The notes below the pieces were generated by a model that saw only the letters and a program-made list of their open reading frames with translations, searched no databases and was not told the DNA's origin. 64,000 nt of DNA. Origin: Cirrosporium novae-zelandiae. Lineage: Eukaryota. The translations under genes were made by a program, and so were the position numbers. Positions 1 through 12,697 of this stretch are shown here, one piece after another. Position 1 is the stretch's first letter. The number at the start of each line of letters is the position of its first letter. The stretch lies in the NCBI GenBank assembly GCA_026023565.1, contig JAPETS010000005.1, positions 62,001-126,000 on the forward strand, read 5' to 3'.

Positions 1-850
1 AAGGATTATAAAAAGATAAAAAAGAACGAAGGTTTTAAAAAAGCCTACAAGAATAATAAAAAGGAAAATTTGTTTGAATTATTTCCATTTGAAGGAAACC
101 GTTGAATTTACCGGCCATAAATATAAAAATATGACGCTCAATTTTAGGTCTTTAATCATCTCTAATCATCTCTACTTCTTCCCTCGACCCACAGACATGC
201 TCTAGATCCTTCTCCCCCAGCCGTCTCCCTGTCGCCTGAGTCCCACGAACATATCTTCAGCTCTCTAGTGTAGCTTCGGGATATCCCATTTTTGGGGCCA
301 CTGCCTTGTTAGCCAGTCCATTACGACTCGATATTTTGAAGGGGCGGGTTAAGAATTTTCCACTTTCCTTTTTTTTCCAAATGCAGAGGAGTGAGGAAAT
401 GGAATGTTGATGGGATGATGTCTTCGACTATGCCCTTAAGATTTCCGATATAAAAATTATACGTAATTATAAGTAACAAGATGACCGGTGGTGCTGTTGT
501 GCCCCTGAATTTACGAAAATCTGATACAGATGACTACAACTACCAGGAACGAAAGAATTTACGTCACATTTCACTCATCCACCGTGACCACTTAGGTGGC
601 AGCTGGATATTGATCCCAACGGGAATGTACTTGGATATTGTAACTACCTTTACAGTAACTGTCAATTCCCTTCTTTACAACCCAATAAAACCTTCTCTTG
701 TTTTCAACAGAACTGTCCAACATTTAGCAGTGTAATTCGTTGGTTGTGGTTTTCGCATACCAATCACCACTGTCTTTTTCTTAAAGCAACTCATGCGAAC
801 CTTCCAAATTGGCCCGATCTAGCTTCCTGCTCCGGGTCTGCCGGACGGGA

Positions 851-3800
851 ATGGCTGCTATTGACGGCAAAACATCTTTCCTGGGCTCTCTATCACCATG
901 GAGTGGCCCAAGGAGCACTACCCCAAAATCCAGTGGTGGCCCTTTAGCCAATGAACCAGAGAAGATAGAGGAGCCCCCCGCTCAACCTCAAGGGGGCGAC
1001 CATACTGTTCCCCATAGGCACCGCCTAAGCTTGAGAAAATATCCAAGAGATGTACCACATTTGAAGGTCCGATGGTTCTATGCTGTTGATGTAAGTAGTC
1101 CCGTGCTCCCTCGATATATTTACCTATAATCAATGCCCGTAAGGCTAGGTTCTATGGAGATGAGTCCTTTTGAAAAGTCTATATGCCGTTGCTAATACAA
1201 ATCAAATGTAGGTGCCCAAACGCAAACCTTTTGCGCAACCGTCTAAGGATGTTAAACCCCCACCCCCCAAAAAATTCGTTGCATTTTCGCCAATCGATTC
1301 ATACTCCATCGAAGCTGCGTTTCAGAAATTGGCAGAGCAGGAGGATGCCGATCAAGCAATGGCTATATTAGGGCAGAAAGATGAAACAAAGACAAATGAG
1401 CATAACTCCGACGTTGAATCGAAACGTCCGATCAAAGTGCCTGTTAACGAGGATTATTTGTTTGACGTAAATATTGAAGAACGAGAGCTGGAGCCTGCTT
1501 ATTGGCTGGGACCTGTCTACGATGTAAGAAGGGGCACTTGGTTTTTCCAGGATGGTTCAGCGCTCAAACCCTGCGAGGAGAATCTTGCGACCCAACTAGA
1601 GGAGGGATACTTGAAAACCAAACCATGGCGATTTCCGGGACAGCAATTGCGACAACCACCGTCACAGACCAGGACCAGATCATCTTCAGGGCCTGAGCTT
1701 ACATCATTTGATCGACAACGTGAAAATGAGTCTCAATCTTCAAAGGCCTCTGCAGAAAAGCTTAACCCTCACGAGACGAAGGAGAAAGACGACAAGTTTG
1801 GAGCCGCTGTAGATAGTGCCAATACTCCAATCCGTCAAACTCCTCATCGTCTTTTTGGAACTTATATGAACTCAAGTGTCACGTACCAAGATGCAACTAC
1901 TGCATGGCTTCTTTCCGATGATTTCATGTCGCGGATGAGCAGTACAGTTTATCAGCGATTTGGGGCTGTTGGGGGCACCAAGTTAGTACGGGGATTCGAG
2001 GAGCCCAAAAAGCCGAAGGATGCAAAGGATGGCAAGAACGAATACTCGAGCCCAAATATTAAGAAAACTACCGATGAAAATTTACTGGATTCAAGTTCCG
2101 GTTCAAAAGCTAATAGACGATCTGCCCCCCCAGGGTCTATTGCTTCTCAGTCTGAGGAGTCAGATACCGAGACAAAGGAGCGTACTTTGGAAGAATATAG
2201 ATCGGAAAACCTTAGAGCCTCATTGGAAAGGCAGGTGTCCAATCTTGTCGGCGAGACAGAAAATCCGGAGGAGCAAGCAGAAGAAGTTCGAAAGAGGGAT
2301 GAGAAGGAGATGGAAGACGATTATCGGGAACATTATGGTGCCGAACAGGGTAGAGAAATCAACCACCTTATTCTTGTTACTCATGGAATCGGGCAGCGGC
2401 TAGGTCTCCGTTTGGAGAGCGTAAACTTCGTACATGATGTGAATGTGCTACGGAAGACCCTCAAATCTGTATATGCCTCATCTCCTGATTTGCAAGCTAT
2501 GAATTCTCAAGATAAGGATGCCCCAATGAACTGTCGCGTCCAAGTTTTGCCCGTGTTAGTAAACCCCCTACGCTGTACCAGGAAGTAGCTAACTGTATTC
2601 GGGTTGTATTAGATGTTGGAGACATTTACTCGATTTTCCAAAACAAAGTCTGAAGCACAACCGAAAAGAGATGGATCTTGCTGATGCAGACTTTGATGCT
2701 GAAGTTGAAGAATATCCAAGTCTTGAAGATATCACAGTTGAAGGGGTTCCTGCAATTAGGAATCTCATCTCCGACCTTGCCTTGGATGTTCTTCTCTATC
2801 AAAGTGTTTACCGTGAACACATTGGTGGAATTGTTCAACGAGAATGTAATCATATATACAAAGACTTCAAGGAACGCAACCCCACCTTTAAGGGAAGGGT
2901 CAGCCTTGTTGGTCACTCTTTGGGAAGCGCTATTCTATTCGACATCCTTTGTCGTCAGAAAGAGCCTCCGACAGCCCGACCGTATTATTACAAGCAATAT
3001 CATGGCTCCGGGAAATCCAATGCGCAGGCTACTGAGCTAAAATTGGATTTTAACACTGAAGACTTCTTTTGCCTAGGATCACCCGTTGGCCTCTTCCAAA
3101 TGCTGAAGGGACAGAAAATATCCGGTCGCCACACTCGAGATGCAGCCCTAGCTGAAAGCCCTTTCGAGCCTGATAATTACGATGACCCTTTTCTTGGAAC
3201 TGGGACAAGTCGACCGCAGAGTAGTGGCGGTATCAGCTCTTCTCCTTCTGCTGCTATCGCTTCTTCATCTCCCAAATGTCGAGAACTATTTAATATTTTT
3301 CATCCTACAGATCCAATCGGTTATCGAATGGAACCACTAATTTCCTCGGCAATGTCATCTCTAAAACCTCAGCCGCTTCCATACACGAAAAAAGGATTCT
3401 TTGGAGCTCAAGGTCAGGGGATTTCTAGTATAGGTGCCCGCGTCGGACAAAGTGTTGGTTCTCTTTGGTCTAATCTCGCTTCTGGGGTCGCGAGCAGTCT
3501 TTTGAATCGAAGTTTAGGTATCACTGGGGAGGAACATAGCACGGTAAATACGCCACCAAGGATACCAAAAGCGCCAGTCGCTCCAGGAGCAGGTACAAAT
3601 ATAACGGCAGGTGTGGTATCCACCCAAGAAGCAATCAACGAAGAAAAGAAACGTCGTCTTGCAGCGGACAAAGGAAAAGCTAGAGGACCATCAGACCATT
3701 TGCCGACATTGATTGATGATGAAATAGAGACATTGTTCTCGGGCTTCCAAAAGCGCCGCAGGACCCAGCAAAGTGAAGGAAGCCAAGACTCAGGAGACCA

Positions 3801-4105
3801 TGCTGAATGGGAAGAAGCCGAAGAGCGTGCACGTAGGCTGAGAAGAGAAGAAGCAAAAGTAAGGGCGTTGAATAGCAATGGGAGGGTGGACTACAGCATT
3901 CAAGAGTAAGTTTGATGCTTTGTTTATCAGGTGATCTGCTGGATCCATGAAGACTAACCCAATGATACCATGCAGGGGTTTTCTTGATATTTCATTGATT
4001 GCAAGTATTGCAAGTCATCTGTCGTATTGGAGCGATGAAGATGTCTCTCACTTTATCATGTCGCAACTGCTTTCTCGGCGCCAACCTTTAGAAAAACGAG
4101 GATAA
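851..4105 (+). CDS. DDL1: DDHD-domain phosphatidic acid-preferring phospholipase A1 (yeast Ddl1-like); 4 exons (851-1090, 1212-2554, 2613-3905, 3976-4105)
   Basis: Motifs RWFYAVD, PVYDVRRGTWF, HLILVTHGIGQ, lipase GHSLG, NIFHPTDPIGYRMEP and C-terminal GRVDYSIQE...SHLSYW; GT-AG introns join ORFs 1212-2588 and 2671-3909 in frame. Confidence 0.9.
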
Positions 4106-4585
4106 AAAGGGGCTACGGTAGTAAGAGGGGTGTAAGAATAGCAAGGGCGTAGATTGTGGGATGGGCGGATACCACTCTGGTATTTTTTTTTAAAAAAAAA
4201 TGGAAAGAAAAAAATCATCAATTAGATGTAGATAACTATCCATATTCTTCATGAATGAAGTTTGTAAAATATAAAATTATTAATTACATAATTACCTAGG
4301 TAATTACCGTAATTACTAGGTGGCTGTTCCTGGCGGTACTGTGTATCGGGCCGTAACTTTAGCCTTAAATTCTGGGCTGCTGCGCCCCACTACTCAAACT
4401 TGATCTTCGCCGCTTTCCTGAAATACGTAAGAGGGGACTTGCTCTGAGGTCTTGTCATATTTGACGCGCAAAATAAATCAGGCATCTGCATTCGGATAAC
4501 CTACTTCTATCTCCTTTGATCTCCTTCCTTTTGCTTTTTCTCATATTACAATAAATCTCTACTGCTAAAAAAATTAACTGCAGTC

Positions 4586-6671
4586 ATGAATATCATCAAA
4601 CTGCAGAGGTAAGAATCCCTTTATTTAGGCCCCACCGCAACAGCTTTCACTAACAACGCCAAAGGAAATATCCTCAATTCGACCAGGCCGAGATATTTGG
4701 TTTGCAAGATGCCTTCCGACGTCTTGATATCGACGATAAAGGCTATGTCGACGAAGCTACAGCAATCAAGGCTACCCAGCAATCCGAACGTCAACCGTAT
4801 GATGTTGTTAGACAAGCGCTGAAAGAGGTGGACCTGGATAGTTCGAGAAGAGTGGAACTCGATGACTATGTTGATCTCATCGCTAAACTGCGCGATTCTT
4901 CTCCGGCGCAGAAGCGCATGTCTACTGGTGGAAGGGCACCTGCTCCTGCGCCTGGAGGGCACGGGCATGTCTCGAAGGGGAGTGTTGGAGGCAGGATACA
5001 GGTCCAAGGATCATCCGCAAATGTTACCCACACTATCAATGAAGACGAACGAACCGAGTTTACCCGACATATCAATGCTGTACTGGCAGGGGACCCCGAC
5101 GTTGGCCATCTACTCCCTTTCCCAACGGATACCTTTGAGATGTTCGATCACTGCAAAGATGGCTTGGTCCTTGCAAAACTCATCAACGACAGCGTTCCCG
5201 ATACCATCGATGAGCGTGTTCTTAACCGGCCGGGCAAGAAAATTAAGACACTCAATGCTTTCCACATGACTGAAAACAACAACATTGTGATAAACTCCGC
5301 TAAAGGTATCGGATGCTCGGTCGTTAATGTTGGAAGTGAAGATATTATCGAGGTTCGGGAGCATCTGATCCTTGGATTGATTTGGCAGGTCATTAGACGA
5401 GGCTTGTTGGGGAAAATTGATATCAAGCTGCATCCTGAATTGTACCGGCTTCTCGACGAAGACGAGACGTTGGAGCAATTCCTTCGCTTACCTCCTGAGC
5501 AAATTCTGCTACGTTGGTTCAACTACCACTTGAAGAATGCCAAATGGAATAGAACGTAAGTTATGGACTTATCAATACTAGTTTTACAGAGCTAACTACA
5601 AAAAGGGTTTCAAATTTTTCCACGGATGTCAAGGATGGCGAGAACTATACCGTGCTATTGAATCAATTAGCACCAGAGACTTGTTCTAGAGGACCATTAC
5701 AGACTCGGGATCTACTCCAAAGGGCGGAGCAAGTTCTTGAAAACGCCGACAAGCTGGATTGTCGTAAATTCTTGACGCCCTCGTCTTTGGTCAAAGGAAA
5801 TCCAAGACTTAACCTCGCATTTGTTGCTAATTTATTCAATACCCATCCTGGACTGGACCCCATAACTGAAGAAGAAAAGGCAGAGGTTGAAGATTTCGAC
5901 GCAGAAGGTGAACGTGAAGCTCGCGTTTTCACACTCTGGCTTAATTCTCTAGACGTTCAACCTGCCGTGCAATCCCTATTTGACGACCTGGGAGATGGTA
6001 CTATTCTCATGCAAGCTTATGACAAGGTTCTTCCCGGAAGTGTGAACTGGCGTCACGTCAACAAACGACCGGCTCATGGAGGAGAAATAATGCGCTTTAA
6101 AGCAGTGGAGAATACAAACTATGCCGTAGAACTCGGGAAGCAAAATCGATTCTCCCTGGTCGGAATTCAAGGCGCTGATATTACGGACGGTCAACGAACC
6201 TTGACTCTCGGTCTAGTTTGGCAATTGATGCGCAGGGATATATCCGAAACTTTATCTGCTCTTGCACAAAGAATGGGCAAGCGCGAAATCACCGACGCTG
6301 AGATGATCAAATGGGCCAATTCCATGTCGCAGAAAGGTGGTAAGAGCTCCAGCATCCGTGGTTTCAAGGATCAATCCATTGCTACTGGTGTCTTCTTGCT
6401 GGATGTTCTGAACGGCATGAAGAGCAGTTACGTTGATTATGATCTCGTTACACCTGGGAGAAACGAGGAGGAGGCTTACGCTAATGCCAAACTGGCCATT
6501 AGTATAGCTAGAAAAATGGGTGCAACCATCTGGCTGGTTCCGGAAGATATTTGCCAGGTCCGGAGTAGGCTGGTGCTTACGTTCATTGGTATGTATTGGT
6601 CAAATCCTTTGGATTATCGGCACGCTAACAATTACGTAGGGAGTCTAATGGCCACGAATGAGAAGCTGTGA
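4586..6671 (+). CDS. SAC6: Fimbrin (actin-bundling; EF-hand region plus four CH domains); introns 4609-4664, 5556-5605, 6589-6639
   Basis: MNIIKLQRKYPQF start after splicing; DGLVLAKLINDSVPDTIDERVLN, LPPEQILLRWFNYHL, EGEREARVFTLWLNSL and NAKLAISIARKMGA are fimbrin signatures. Confidence 0.97.
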
Positions 6672-7115
6672 GGTAGAACGTTTTTATTTTCTGCCACTGG
6701 TGCGTCTTGAGAGGACATGATATGATGTAGTATGTTTATGAGATACAAGAATCGAAGAAACCCGTTTCTATTGAACGTTGGTCATTATTTTTTAAAAAAA
6801 ATAATAATCCGAACGGTTGTATGCTGGTGGTTATAGAAAGTAGAATGAAATTTCATTGAGTTGCTTGTTCCGGTCTATTCTCCCTACTGCATAGCCCCCT
6901 TCCTATAAAGATGTTTCAAAGGTAATTTAATCTCATTTCATACTTGTGATATTTGAATAAGGGTAACCATGGGGTTTCATTGGAAGAACTGTATGGGGCT
7001 ACGCTAACTAATATCGCTTTTTGTTCATATCAATGGTTCTTCGTTTTCTTTTCTTCAACTCATCAATCTTAGGTGCATTGCACATTCTACAAAAACAAAT
7101 GCTCCAGGTCAAAGC

Positions 7116-9053
7116 CTACTGGATAAAATATCCCTGGATCAACTCATTCAGCCTCCTACCCCCGCTCGCAAAATCGACCCCGCTCGCTCCCCTAACCTGA
7201 TACCGCACCCTCTGGTTGTCGTTGAAATTGTCCATCCGGGCGCTACACTTAAATACCCAGGTCCTGCAGTTAGCCTCCTGGAACGCCTCGCTCGCCTTAG
7301 CCTCGTCGTTCTCCTTCAGGCTCGTCAGCTCTTCGGCGTTCATGCCCATGATCAGGCGTCCCACGCTATCGAAACACGACAGCCAGAGCTGACCCGTGTG
7401 GTCTGACACGTTGACCGACATCATGTACCGGTACTGCGGATGAGGGTGGGTAACGCTGCAGCTCTCGCAGCGCCACTGACCTGGGTCCAGCTCAATGACT
7501 TTCTTGTTGCAGGTTTCTGAGAGACAGGCTGGGTAAGTAACGGAATCCTGTTTCACATAGATGATTGTGGCTTTGAGGGTGAAGTAGTCTGTTTTTTCTT
7601 CGGTCATTCCCAGGTTCTCTTCTCGGACTTGGGCTATGGTTTTTAGGGGGTCCAGGCGGCCTGTTGCAGCTGAAGTGGAGTCTGCGGTCGAGGCGTACGA
7701 AGTGAAGGTTTCCGAGTGCCCGGCGGCGTCGTACCAACCTTTAAGTTTGTGGGCCTCGTCGATGTCCGGATCGACTGTCATAGTGCCGCTGGATAGGAGA
7801 CTCAGGCTGCGACCGTTGAAATCGGACACCCTGACGCCCTTGAATGCGATTATCGAATTGATGGGAACCTCAAATTGCGTGGCCGTGTTGCCCCAGATTG
7901 TTAACCGTACCGAAAAGCCTGTGTTGTCGACGAGGGTGAGTTCACGCTTGTCATATGGTTTGGAGGTTGCTTTGGACACAATTTGGGAGACCTCGTCCAC
8001 GGATTGCAGGACTCCGATTATGTCTATGGTGCTGTCTTTTTCGATTGTTTGGAGATCCCCGATTGGAGTGAAGTTGAAGCGGACTTGGGGTATGCCATCT
8101 TGCTCTTCGGCCTACGAATAGTTAATGATCAAATGCACCGCACCAATAAAACGATAGAAAAAATGGTATACCTTTTCGACGATAGTATCTCGTCCAAAAT
8201 TTATTTCATAGTCATTGTTGATGGTGCTAAACTGCTTTTTGGCAAACTGCACTTGGCAAGGGCTTGATATGTAATAGACGCCTCCCTCTTGAAACACATC
8301 GTACAGCGAATCGCATTGGTCGTTGAAGCCTGTGGCTCTGATTTCACCCGTCTCATCAAGTAGGTTCACATTGAACAATTTTCCTTCTCCGTTTCTGTTA
8401 TGCCAGGTCTTGATATCTGATTTAAATACGCATCGTGCTTTAATTGTCCATTTATGAGCATAGGGCGATATCCCTTCGATGGGATATATCGTTCCATGAC
8501 CTCCAGCAGAGGAATTATTTGGACGTGAAGGTAGGGACTGTCCCGTACTTTGCTGCTGTTTTATTGGCTGCTGAGGTTTGTTCCCATAAAATCCGTTGGC
8601 AGAAATAGAAGTGGTCTGTTGCTTATTGTCATCTTCATGCTTTACTTCCAGGCCTTGGGGATCTCCCAGCTTCTCGGACTCCCCTAGTTCTTCTAGAACT
8701 TCAAGGTCAAGGACAATGATGATCCTAAAGAGTTAGTTATGCCTTGAACATTTTTTAGTCTTGACGTACTTCTTTCCCTTAACGGCGTTTGCTTGGAACT
8801 GCTTAATGCGAACAAAACATCCCTTCCGTAATTTTCCTTGATGCATGATATGATTTGCTTGTGTTGCAAGCATGCTCTGAACATAGTTCTGGATGTCACT
8901 GAATACCACTCTATATCTTTCTGGGTTTCCTCCTTGGCCAGCTAAAGGTTTGATCTGGAGACATTGCAGAATAGGCTGAGCAACAATATTCCCTCCATCG
9001 AATATGGCTGCGAGGGACCCTTGTGAAACATGGGATGCTGGATCGGAGGCCAT
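7116..9053 (-). CDS. RFA1: Replication protein A 70 kDa subunit (RPA1); 3 exons
   Basis: RYRVVFSDIQNYVQSMLATQ (N-terminal OB fold), YPIEGISPYAHKWTIKARC, LLDETGEIRATGFN, YPAC...CNKKV...WRCESC zinc motif, VSDHTGQLWLSCF. Confidence 0.97.
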
Positions 9054-9203
9054 TTTGAAATAATAGATATATAAATCAATAGTCCCGAAAAGGTATTAAT
9101 CAAAGAAGATGAGATGAAGGGAATGAGATGGGATAGGATGGAATAGGATGGGGGGATGAAGTTGAATTTTCCCTTGTTGGCAAGTAAAGAGAGGGAGAGA
9201 GAG

Positions 9204-9215
9204 ACGCGTTTCGCG
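9204..9215. promoter_or_regulatory. MCB element (ACGCGT) with adjacent CGCGAAA-type site upstream of RFA1
   Basis: gagACGCGTTTCGCGcc lies about 150 bp upstream of the RFA1 ATG; MCB boxes are established G1/S elements of fungal replication genes. Confidence 0.65.
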
Positions 9216-9574
9216 CCACTTTGATTGAAAAACCCCGCTGTGGTGCCCGCGTTGCTATTAAAGTCTTGTTAAAAGATAGGCCAAGTACTTTTCGGATAGG
9301 CTTGCGTCATTGGTTCCTTTGGGGTCCCTTGAGTCCTTTGGGTTGGGTCCCTTAGGTACAGTACCTTGAAGGAGCCTGAAAGCTAATAATAACCCCCCCC
9401 CCATGCCCCCCATAGCATCCCCTCTCCTCCCCCCCTCTCTCGACCCTTTCTAGGCACCCAACAGTCAACTATCTAGATAATTGACAATTACAACTCCAAC
9501 TTCAACTACAACTACACACCTATTTTCTAACAACCAATTTCTCCCAACTATTTACCAATTACAATTCCTTCATC

Positions 9575-10854
9575 ATGTCTGAACCAGAAGTCTCCACCAA
9601 ATCCCCCGAGAATGATGCCCTGGAAGCTGTTCCGATAGCCACAGCAACATCATCTACCCAAGACGAAGCTCCAGCTACCAGCGAGAATCCCCAAACTTTG
9701 GAGGTAGGAAGCACCAAGATTACCTTTTACCAAAATACATTTATAGATTCTGACAGCAATTCAGGAACCCAGTGAAACTGAACCACAGACTTGTACGTCC
9801 ATTATTATTCTCTCAACAGTCCTGAAACAACGCTGATGACGAATCCACATATCCAGCTGTTGGAACAATACCTAGTGGTGTATGGCACTACCCATCCCTA
9901 AGAAAAAGCTGTATATTAGAATGTATATAATTAACTATTTCCCAGGAATTAACTCAACTCGGTGGGATCGATGTATGTTCCTCTAATTCTTTAATTCAAT
10001 TCCCCAAACTCACTAGTCTCCGCTTTCTAGGTCTACATATCCAAACCCGCCGATTATCCTCACTCACCCTCCAAATTTCTCCTTTTTCTTACCGGTGGCA
10101 CCGGTCTCTCCTCAACCAACCAACTCCAAGCAGACGTATACGCCAAGAATGGCTTTGTGGTTGTCATGCCCGACCTATTTGCTGGCGACCCTGCCCCCAA
10201 TACCTTCGACCCCAACGCCCCAGATCCAAATGGAGCCTCTGCCTCCCTCCTCGAAAGGATAAAGCTCCATGCAGCCGAAACCGCCAAATCATTCCTTATT
10301 GATATGTGGCTCGCACGACACACTCCGGAGAAAGTTCTTCCCATCATCTACACCGTCCTCCAAGCCGCTAAGGACGAATTCGCTGACGCTGTCGCAAATG
10401 GCGACGGTGTTTATGCCGTTGGCTATTCGTTCGGTGGGAAATATGTGATCCTTCTTGCAGCTGAAGGCAAGCAAGGCGACGAGGAAGAAGGCAAAAAAGC
10501 CCCAGAAATCAAAGCGGGCGCCGTAGCGCATGCCACAGCTGCGTCAAGAGAAGACATGGAGGGAATCAAGGCGCCTCTGACATTCGTTTGTGTGGGGCCA
10601 GAGGACCCTCTATTCCCTCCTGAGGTGGTCGATGTAGGACGGACGTACATGAAGATGACGGGGATACCATATGAGATTGAGATGTTCGAAAGAGTGCCGC
10701 ATGGTATGTCACCAGCTTCATTTCCATTCCATTCACAGCTACCCAATTAACCCGAATAGGTTTCGCAATTCTGGGCGGGTACACAGATCCTGCAATCAAG
10801 GAAGCACAGTCAAAGGCATTTGAGCAAATGCTCAAGTGGCTTCAATCGCATTGA
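9575..10854 (+). CDS. Dienelactone hydrolase family protein with three micro-exons (about 9765-9792, 9857-9880, 9946-9972)
   Basis: Spliced product reads GELTQLGGIDVYISKPADYPHSPSKFLLFLTGGTG...QLQADVYAKNGFVVVMPDLFAGDP...GYSFGGKY...VPHGFAI. Confidence 0.85.
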
Positions 10855-11520
10855 GGTCGGTCCTTCAAAAACGAACATGAAATGGCTTAACCAATGCCCC
10901 TGATGTGCGTAAAGAAAGGAACAACAATGTTTCTATGTCTGTCCAGGGATTATTAAACTAGGTTTCATTTCATTGTTGCTCAACACAAGGTTGCAATATC
11001 CAATGTTTATCATGGAGTTTAGGATTTGGAATTATTATTTTTCGCTCGCGGCGGGGGACTTAAGCAAGATATGTTAGATAAAAGAGAAGAAAAAAAATAT
11101 AGATACCCAACACAAAATGAAAGCCTTTTGCGTTTTGAAAAAAAAAATCGAATCTGTAGTTGTGGGAGTAATAATTAATTGGTATTGGTAATAGGAGTAG
11201 GGAGATAATCCTTTGCACTTGATTAGAATAATCTGCAGGAGGTGATCTGAAGGGTTTAGATGCAAAGGTAGATGGCACAGCACAACAGGCCCTTTGGTCC
11301 GGTAGTTTTATATGGAACTACTAAAATCGAATCGCAGAATGAACAAATCAAAAGATTAATAATTATAAGAAAACAGGCTTATAAAAACATACACAGCACA
11401 ATAAAAGCCCCCAGCATTGTCGTATTCATTTGTTTGTAAAAGAAAAAGAAAAAAACTACAACGCCTTCGCTCTAGGGTTTCCCCATTTGTTACCATTTTG
11501 TAGACTATTTCCCTGATTTT

Positions 11521-11557
11521 GTTTTCACTGTTTTCACCGTTTTCACTGTTTTCACCA
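11521..11557 (+). repeat. 9-bp tandem repeat GTTTTCACY, about 4 copies
   Basis: gttttcact gttttcacc gttttcact gttttcacc, read directly from the sequence. Confidence 0.8.
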
Positions 11558-11913
11558 GTAGTATGAAAAAGAAAGAAAAAAGAAAGAAAATCATGAAAGC
11601 GTGCCTGGTTTTCGCCCTTTTTTTCTTAGGCCCTTCCTTACCATTCCTTCCATACGTCCATACGTGTCTCTGCTTCCCATCCATCGTATCGTATTTACAC
11701 ATACATACGTTGGTTCAGTTACTTCTCCAAATCACAATCTCCTAACTCCCAACTTCAGTTGTTTCATTCAATTTCTCACGTCCGTCACAATCCCCATAGC
11801 TCATATGTATAATATTGTCATCCCCAGTCGGAATTCGCCATCTCATCCCATCACATCCGCAACAAACACATGATTTACAATCCAAATTGGTTTCGTATAG
11901 CATTGCGATTTGC

Positions 11914-12697
11914 CTACGCGGTGGTTTCTTGTGCCGACACCTTCTCGATTTCAATCTTGGGGAGCGGCGCCGATGTGCCACCGAGGTCTGTGGATCGAGC
12001 CTTGGGGTTCTTGGTGTAGTAATTTGAGATAGCGGATTTGATAGCATCTTCAGCGAGCATGGAGCAGTGGACTGGTCGGTATGGCGTTTTAGTATGTGGA
12101 TTGTGACAAAGAATGGATAGATGAAGTATGATGGCATAGGTAGTATGGAGGGAGAAAACATACGCTTCACGGGCGGCAAACACAGTTCTTTTGCAATCTC
12201 CGTATTCCGAATTTTCCCCGCATCCTCCAACGTCATACCTCTAACAAGTTCAGTCAGGTAGCTTGAGCTTGCAATGGCACTTCCACATCCAAAGGTTTTA
12301 AATTTCACATCGCTGATAGTGTTACTGTTGGGATCGACTCGGATTTGAAGTTTCATGACGTCGCCGCAGGCGGGTGCGCCCACTAGGCCTGTTCCGACGT
12401 CTGTGTCGGTTTTGGACATGGAACCGACATTTCGGGGGTTGCTGTAGTGGTCAAGCAGTAAGAGGACGTTAGCCGGGCATTTTAATAATGGTATTATGAT
12501 AGTTGGGGTTGAGTTGGTGGAGAAATAGGGCAATATCAAAGTTCGGAGGATGACATATCTTTTTCGTGATAATTTCTCCTTCCATTTACGGCCACGGCAG
12601 CAACGGGTTGTGCTTTTGAAATGAGAGATGGTCGTGCAGCTGAGGAAATGATTCTTCCCGTCGAGCGAGGAACTACTCCAAGGACACGTTTGAACAT
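11914..12697 (-). CDS. ISU1: Mitochondrial iron-sulfur cluster scaffold IscU/Isu1; exons 12697-12559, 12457-12164, 12071-11914
   Basis: Basic presequence MFKRVLGVVPRSTGR..., then YHEKVLDHYSNPRNVG, GAPACGDVM, FKTFGCGSAIASSS, LPPVKLHCSMLAEDAIK. Confidence 0.97.
12458..12558 (-). other. Non-canonical AT-AC intron (ATATGT ... GCTAAC ... TTAC), intron 1 of ISU1
   Basis: Removing it gives GAA AAA G|TG CTT GAC CAC TAC (EKVLDHY); the 101-nt interval contains no AG on the coding strand. Confidence 0.8.

Noticed and set aside
1..303. AT-rich start of the window ending in GGGGCCACTG, reminiscent of a Tc1-like terminal repeat (CAGTGG on the minus strand)
   Set aside because: No flanking TA, no partner repeat in the window and no transposase-like translation found
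11742..12539. 265-aa ORF suggesting an extended ISU1
   Set aside because: It reads through intron sequence at both ends; the spliced three-exon model gives the conserved protein
12458..12558. U12 (minor spliceosome) classification of the AT-AC intron
   Set aside because: The donor is ATATGT rather than ATATCCTT and the branch point is U2-type GCTAAC
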